Source: Eledone cirrhosa (Eukaryota). From it: a stretch of DNA of 64,000 bases. Positions 56,787 through 64,000 of this stretch are shown piece by piece (the stretch's first letter is position 1; each line of letters opens with the position of its first letter). The DNA lies in contig OZ024741.1 of the NCBI GenBank assembly GCA_964016885.1, forward strand, positions 187,922,001-187,986,000. The letters are read 5' to 3'. Under the pieces are notes generated by a model, which worked only from the letters and a program-made list of their open reading frames with translations, did no database searches and was not told where the DNA came from. A program made the position numbers and the translations under genes.

Positions 56787-56940
56787 TATATTATTGACTT
56801 CAATACTATTAAGACATAACACAGAGAAATGCAAGGACATGCGTTTCGTCAATTGAATAATATGAGTTCGCTCAACGAAACACGTGTCTTTGCGTTTCTC
56901 CATATTATGTCTTCGTTGTACTATTGAATTTATTAATATA
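56787..56940. mobile_element. Decayed palindrome centred on HHR stem II
   Basis: GACATGCGTTTCG pairs with CGAAACACGTGTC. The HHR 3' half GAAAC-ACGT-GTC is at 56877-56888. Confidence 0.7.
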
Positions 56941-57204
56941 TATGTGGTGTGGCTATGTGTGTGCGTGTGCGTGTTTGTGTGGCTGTGTGTGTGTCAGGTA
57001 TGTACAAGTGAGAATATTTGATATTACGTATGCATTCCCTCCGCAGAAGTATACATATTTACGTATATTTATTTTTTATATATAACTATTGATGTACAGG
57101 TAGAGTAAGAAAATGTCCAGAAAGTAGAGAGAGAGAGGGCGAAAGAGAGAGAGGGAGAGAGAGAGATACAATCAAGAATTATGCTTCCAAACCACTAAAT
57201 ATTA

Positions 57205-57792
57205 TTTGGCAGAATTGGCAGAATTGGCAGTATCGGTAGAGAGACGGACGCCATGCTTTCCAGCATAGAGTTACGTCCCTTTACGGACTGAGTTCAAATC
57301 CCGCCGAAATCAACTTTTCTTTCATCCTTACGTGGTCGATAAAATAAAGTACCAGTAATGTACGAGGTAATTGCTGGCCTTGTGCTAAAAGTAGAGATAA
57401 TTATTTGGCAGAATCGTTAGAGTGTCGGTAGAAATGCCTTCCAGTATTTTCTCAGTTCAAATTCCGCCGAGACCAATATTGGACTTCATCCTTCCGTGAT
57501 CGATAAAATATATCAATCAAGTAGTGGCGCCGATTTAATCGATTTTTGTCTCCACTTCGAATTGCTTGCCTTTTGCCTAAATTAAAATCATTTATTATTA
57601 AGGGCGGTGGATTGGCAGTATCGGTAGAGGGTCGGACGCCATGCTTTCCAGCATAGTTACGTCCCTTTACGATCTGAGTTCAAATCCCGCCGAGGTTGAC
57701 TTTGCCTTTCATCCTTACGGGGTCGATAAAATAAAGTACCAGTAATGCACTGGGTAATTGCTGGCCTTGTGCCTAAAGTAGAAACAATTATT
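57205..57792 (+). mobile_element. Three tandem SINE A copies (middle one older)
   Basis: Matches the SINE A consensus. Confidence 0.9.
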
Positions 57793-57864
57793 ACTATTAT
57801 TTGTGTTGTTGTTGTTAGTGATGTTAGTGGTTCTCCTTCGCTGGATCACTTCTTGTTGTTGTAG

Positions 57865-58013
57865 TTGTGGTTGCTGAAGTAGTTGCTGTTGTTGTTGTCA
57901 CCGTCGTAGTAGTAGTAGCAGTAGTAGCAGTAGTAGTAGCAGTAGTAGTAGCAGTAGTAGTAGCAGTAGTAGCAGTAGTAGTAGTAGTAGTAGTGGTGGT
58001 GGTGGTGGTGGTG

Positions 58014-58048
<35 letters not shown>

Positions 58049-58076
58049 TGTGGTTGCTGAAGCAGTTGTCGTCGTC

Positions 58077-58110
<34 letters not shown>

Positions 58111-58144
58111 CAGTAGTAGTAGTAGTAAAAGCAGCAGTAGTAGC

Positions 58145-58187
<43 letters not shown>

Positions 58188-58306
58188 AAAGCAGCAGTAG
58201 TAGCAGTAGTAGTAGTAGTAGTAGCAGTAGTAACAGTAGTAGCAGTAGTAGTAGCAGCAGTAGTAGCAGTAGTAGTAGTAGTAGTAGTAGTAGTAGTTGT
58301 TGTTGT
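57865..58306. repeat. (GTA/GCA/GTG)n triplet repeat
   Basis: Seen directly in the sequence. Confidence 0.92.
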
Positions 58307-58454
58307 TCTCTACTTGCTCACTAAAAGACAGTGTAATATATTGTGGTTAAGTGAGAAAAATTAATTTGTTTCTAATTCTAGAAGAAAGATTTAGAATGAG
58401 TCATAGCACGTACTTCTCAAATCTCTGCCTACAGCAACAGCAGAAAGAACATGT

Positions 58455-59300
58455 GTAGGTGTAGGATAGGCAGGTGTAGAGGAGGTGGGTGGTTAGGTGG
58501 GTGTAAAGGTAGTCAGATAGGTAGTGGGTGGGTGGAGAGGTAGGTGGTTAGATGGTTAGGTAGGTGGAGAGGTAGGTGGAGAGGTAGGTGTAGAGGTAGG
58601 TAGTTAGATAGGTAGGTAGGTGGGTGAAGAGGTAGGGAAGGTGGGTGTAGAGGTAGGTAGGTGGAGAGGTAGGTAGATGGAGAGGTGGGTAGGTGGGTGG
58701 GTGGTTAGGTAGGTGAAAAGGTAGGTAGTTAGATAGGTAGGAAGGTGGGTGGGTGTAGAGGTAGATAGGTGGGTGGTTAGGTAGGTGAAAAGGTAGGTAG
58801 TTAGATAGGTAGGAAGGTGGGTGGGTGGTTAGGTAGGTGGAGATGTGGGTAGTTAGATAGGTGGAGATGTGGGTAGTTAGGTTGGTGGATGGTGGGTAGT
58901 TATATAGGTAGGAAGGTGGGTGAAGGGTTAGGTAGGTGGAGAGGTGGGTGGTTAGATTGGTGGAGAGGTGGGTAGTTAGGTTGGTAGAGTGGTGGGTAGT
59001 TATATAGGTAGGAAGGTGGGTGGGTGGTTAGGTAGATGGAGAGGTGGGTAGTTAGATAGGTGGAGAGGTGGGTAGTTATATTGGTGGAGAGGTGGGTAGT
59101 TAGGTTGGTGGAGTGGTGGGTAGTTAGATAGGTGGAGAGGTGGGTAGTTATATTGGTGGAGTGGTGGGTAGCTAGATTGGTGGAGTGGTGGGTAGTTAGA
59201 TAGGTGAGTGGGTGGGTAGTTAGATAAGTGAATGGGTGCGTAGTTAGATAGGTTTAGAGGTGGGTGGGTGTAGGAGATGTAGGTAGTTAGATAGATAGAT
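58455..59300. repeat. Degenerate G-rich (AGGT/GGGT)n array
   Basis: Seen directly. Recurrent GGTGGAGAGGTGGGTAGTTAGAT units. Confidence 0.9.
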
Positions 59301-59303
59301 AAC

Positions 59304-62300
59304 TTTTTTTTTTAATTGCCACCAGGGCATCAAAGAGTGGGACAAGTACAAAGGGGGGAGTTTACATAACAAGGTGTCCTCAATAAGGAGGAGGCAATAA
59401 CAAAATATAAAATATAAAATATAAAATATAAAATATAATAAAAATAAATTGAAAAACAAAATCCTCAATAGGGAGGAGGCGCCTTGGGGGGTCGCACACA
59501 CCCCCGAAAAAAAGTGTGCAACCCTTCTCCTCAGGAGCACAGAGAGAGGGTGCTCCCATGAACTTTCATCTTTCTCACCTACAGTCTGATGTAGAGTGAA
59601 GGCCCATTCACACAGGCCATTCTCGCCAGTTTCACCCATCTTTCATTAAAACGGCTGGGGTGCAGCACCTCTCTCTCCATCCTGATCCTTCTTCCGAAAT
59701 GATATCGGAAGAAACGGACCAGAGTCCTTTCAGACGCGTCCACCATACAAACTCTTTCGCCATGGCTACTACGCACAGAAACACCGCCTCTTCTTCGTTT
59801 TTGAAAAGGGGAGGCGGCTTGATCGTTACAATAGACTCGGTGGTCAACCGGATCGGTCCCACCCTTGACAGCAGTTGTTCGACATAGCCCCACAGATCGG
59901 CAATGCCCGAGCAGTGTACCAATGTGTGTGCAACGGTTTCCTCGTCGCACACGCATCTGGGACAGAGCTTTTTTGAAGGGTCCCTACGCGGGCGCCCGTG
60001 TCTGTAGAGCCTTTCTCAAACGAGCAGAGCCCCTCGGTAGCACTGCCAGGCCAGGGACCTCTGGAAGTTATCCATGGGTCCTGGACTGAATGTCCTACCA
60101 AACAGGTTGGCCAGTTCGTCTTCCTCCATGCCTAGGGCTTCTCTGAGGGCGTCGTCGCACCTGCTAACCACCAGCCCTCTATAGAATGACGAGGTGGATT
60201 CTCCACTGACAGCCGGGTCCCCCTGCCAGAGAGCCGTGAGCACCTGGGCACACTCGGTGTGCCGGGCGTCCAGTTTTCTCAGTCTTTGCTTGACCCAGGA
60301 TTGCAGCTCGGTGAGCGAGACGAGTCTGGGAAAGGCTCGCCTCACAAACGGGGCCCACACCGGTTGACCGGTGAGGAATACATGGAGGTGCCGTAGCCTT
60401 AATGCATGTTTACGTATCATTAGCCACGGCATCCCCAGCCCTCCTTTCGAAGGGTGTTGACAGCAGATGGATCTCCTCACCATAGGAGCTCGCTTCTTCC
60501 AAAGGAATTGGAAGAGTGCGCGCTCCATTTTGGTGAGCGTTTCTCTTGGGCAAGGCACAACGGCCAGGCGGTAGTAGATGACGGACGCTATATAAGTGTT
60601 CGCCACCTCCGCCCGACCTTTCAGGGACAGTTTGCACTCAGCCCACTTCTGGGTCAGTGCAAACACCCTGTTCGTTACCTCACCCCAGTTCTTCTCCACC
60701 TGGAGGTCTGGTCCGAACCAGACCCCGAGCAACTTCACCGGGCCCTCCGTCCAGCGCCCGACGACGCCATCGGAGGACATCGATCTGCCCCTCCACGTGC
60801 CGAGTTGCAGACCGATCGACTTGTCCCGGATCAGCTTAGCCCCTGTAAACCTTTCGTAATCCTCCAGTAAGGTACCGATCGTCCCGATTTCCGAGGCGGT
60901 CGACACCATTACTGTTACGTCATCGGCGTAGGCCGACACCGCTTTCCGCAATCCCGGTTCCAACGGGATGCCCTGCAACAACTCCAACTTCCGCAGCAGT
61001 GGCTCTAGAGTCACTACATACAGAAGGGAGGAGAGAGGGCACCCTTGTCGGATGGACCGCGCGATTTCGAACGGCTCCGAGAGGTAGCCGTTCACCTTGA
61101 CCCTAGAGCAGATGCGGCTGCTGTGCATGGCATTGATCCAGCCCCTGAAAACGGGTCCGAAGTCTTCCGCCGCTAGTACCGCATCCAGGTAACCATGGTC
61201 GACCCTATCGAACGCCTTAGATTGATCCAAGTTGATCAGGGCCCCACCAAAGCCGAGTTCGTTCCCAACCCTCTCTATCATGTATCGCATGAGGTGGAGG
61301 TTGTCGTGGATGGACCTGGACGGGATAGCACATGTCTGCGCATCTCCTACCAGGTTGCCCACGATAAGCGCCAACCTCTTTGCTAGCACCTTGGCAAAAA
61401 TCTGTAACTCTGTATTTAGCAGAGTTATGGGCCTGAAATTATTTATATCGTGCCCCTTGTTCTCGTCCTTCCTCACTATCGTGACTACGCCCTTATCACA
61501 GCACAGGGAATTCTCCCGTTCTGTTGCCAGTTGCAGTAGACCGCCTCGAGGAGATCGGGGAACAAGTCCGGCATATTAATATATAGTTCGTATGGAAGAC
61601 CATCGAGACCCGGGGAATTGCGTTTGCCGCATTGGCTCAGCACGTCCTCTATCTCAGCGGCTGAAATCGGCTCCTCGCAGGACTTCGCCTCCCTGTCCGA
61701 GAGACGCGGCAGGCCGTCGAGGTATGGACCGAAGTCCACTTCCCCAACCGGCTCCCCGCCCCTTCCGAACAATCTGGCAAAGTGCTTTTGAAAAGCCTTG
61801 CACATCTGCTTAGGTTTAAGAATTACCCGTCCATCCTGGTCTCGCAAAGACCGGATAGTGGATCTACTCCCTCTTTTGGCTTCTGTCACGCGGGCCCAGC
61901 TAACAGCGTTGGTCCCCTCGTTTCCTAGAGCACGTATTTTGCTTCGGACGATGCAGCCTTCGTGTTTCGCGTCGAAGAACTGGCCCAGGGCCGTTCTCGA
62001 CGCTAGCACTCTGGCCACGTCACCGCTTCTAATTGCCTCTTCTACACTATCTGCCAACTCCCTTTCCTTCCTATTTCTAATTGAGGCTAACTCCTTACTA
62101 AATTCTATAGAGACTACTCTAATCTCTCTTTAGAGAGATCCCCACCACCTGCTATTGACGATCGCTCCCGTCAACCGCTCCCTAACTAAAGTGCTAATCC
62201 GGTCCCTGTAAGCCTTACTTGCCGGTAAGGACAAGTTGAGCTTCCAGTAGCCGGGTCCCTGTCTATGCGTTCTGTCAAGGTTGACCATGCAGGTCACTAA

Positions 62301-64000
62301 CTTGTGGTCTGAATAGCCAACCATGCGCATTTTTGGACAACTTAAAAAGTCCTTATCCTTATTTCTAACTAAGAACCTATCTAGGTACGACCTAGATGAT
62401 CCGCTGCGGTTTGCTCAAGTCCAGGTTGGCGCAGTCGGAAAATCTAGTCGATATCTATCGGCCAGGTCAAATCGACCGATTAACCCTTTGAGGCTATTAC
62501 ACCCCTCTCTATCGGGACAGGCCCCTACGTAGTCCCAACGTGCATCTAAGATACCATTCCAGTCCCCCACTAATAGCAAGGAGCGGGACGTCCCTAGAAA
62601 AGTCTCCAGACGATGGAAGAAGTCCGGCCGCGTTGACCCGAAAGGGCCGTAGACGGCTACCAACCTAAACGCTCCGCCTTCCCCACTGCCAAGGTCCAGA
62701 ACCACTAGTCGACCCTCCGGGTCCAAATGTACCGTCTGTGTTGCGAGACCCAGATGTTTTTTCACCAGAACGACAACCCCACCCCCACCTCCAGGCTGAC
62801 AGAGAGATGCGTGCATCTCAAAGTCATCAAAGGTGGGGGCCAGCTGCCGCACGTTGCTGATCCGGGCCTCGCAAATAACCATCACATCTATACATTGTGA
62901 CCTGAGGTTTTTTAGCAGCATTGCTTGCTTCCAAGTTGAGCCCAAGCCACGCGCATTTAGACAGCCTACTCTTAACATAGCCATGTTGGTGGTGAAGAAA
63001 AAAGGCACTTACCTCTCTGCGTCCCGGGTATCGGGCTCTTCGTCTCCTGGGGACCAGGCTGCACAATTTCCATGGGGGTGTTGGAGGGTGTGTTTGATTG
63101 GGTGGTCGTTTCTGGCGGGGTGAGGACAGAGGTGTTTGGTGGGGAAGGGGTGTCTGGTGGGATGGGGATGACTTGGGTAGGGGTGCCTGTGGTGGGGAGG
63201 CCTTTGTAGAGGACGCGGTTGATTTATTTCACGCAGGAATTCCCCACGTCCTCTACAAATGTTTCTTTTAGGGATCTATAAGTTCCTATAGGGACCCTGA
63301 TCAGTTTTAGGTTCATTTTTTTTGTTTTTGTTGGAGCTATCCAAAGTTTTCCCTTCGGTTTTGACCAAAGGGTTGTTTCTGGTGGTCTCCATCAGTGTTC
63401 TATTTTCTTCATTTATGTAAGTGTATGTGTACTTTTCCTGTGTTGTGTTTGTTTTTGTCTGTGGTTCCTGCATGTGTTTTCTCTTTGTTGTGGGTGTTTT
63501 GTTTTCGGGAGGGGGAACTTTTGTTTGTGATTTTTGTGCTGTTTGTGCTGGTGTTTGTGTGTTTGTTTCGTTTTTGTTCATGCGGTTCTTTCTTTTTATT
63601 CTTTTCACGGGTTGGAAGGGTTCCTCCTCATCGCCGCTGGGTGCCGTCGATAGGGGTTCCTCATCCGTGTTGATGGGTAGGGATATGTTTTGGGGTTCTG
63701 TAGTGTCTGTGTGTGTTTTTGTATTTGTTTTGGGTGGGAAGGGGTTGGGTGGGATAGTGTTCTTTGTTGTTTTTTCTTGTTGTCGTGGTGGTGGTGGTGG
63801 TGGTGGTTGTGTTGTTATTTGTGGTATTGGTAAAAGTGGGGGGGGTGTTTTGTCAATTGAGGACAGGCAGCCCTTAGGTGACCTCTGCTTGCGCAGTGGT
63901 AACATGCGGGCCGCCTAACCCTCAACCGAAATGTTTATGTAGGTCTGTCCATCCAGAGGTACTCTCTGAGGGAATTTCATTATACATTCTGGGCTCATCT
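59304..64000 (-). mobile_element. Decayed L1-clade (Tx1-like) LINE, copy 2, running off the window
   Basis: ORF1 remnant with CCHC knuckle CYHCASRGHLRAAC (63904-63863). ORF2 from about 62984 has APE, RT (YADDV) and CPRC..HTLVHC in broken frames. A-tail at about 59304-59313. Confidence 0.95.

Noticed and set aside
57600-57695. tRNA gene
   Set aside because: A and B boxes belong to SINE heads; no complete cloverleaf.
58455-59300. Telomere-like tract
   Set aside because: Only scattered TTAGG(T) words in a degenerate AGGT array; no (TTAGGG)n run.
63004-63016. Perfect splice donor AG|GTAAGT upstream of LINE ORF2 (minus)
   Set aside because: Copy 1 has AGGTAGGT near 18219. TAA versus TAG fits a conserved ORF1 stop codon at least as well.

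Overview
Repeat-saturated eukaryotic DNA with no host protein-coding gene that I can support. The SINE families and repeat landscape resemble an octopus or other cephalopod genome; this is inferred from recalled repeats, not from a search. Most long ORFs in the track are translated microsatellites. The window holds two decayed Tx1/L1-clade LINEs in opposite orientation, two Neptune-type and one other Penelope-like (GIY-YIG) fragments, CRE and Dong/R4 remnants, two families of short non-autonomous RTE derivatives, about 30 tRNA-derived SINE copies or fragments, hAT, Tigger and Helitron non-autonomous elements, and large structured satellites. The most notable signal is a dense set of type I hammerhead ribozyme (HHR) motifs, about 9 near-complete and about 8 partial. 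They lie in short non-coding modules mostly embedded in (TA)n tracts. Many of these modules are 100-500 bp palindromes whose symmetry axis or arm end falls at or beside HHR stem II, across several unrelated families. One family shares its HHR-bearing 3' end with the coding Neptune element at 41520-44850. All coordinates were read by eye and element edges are approximate.
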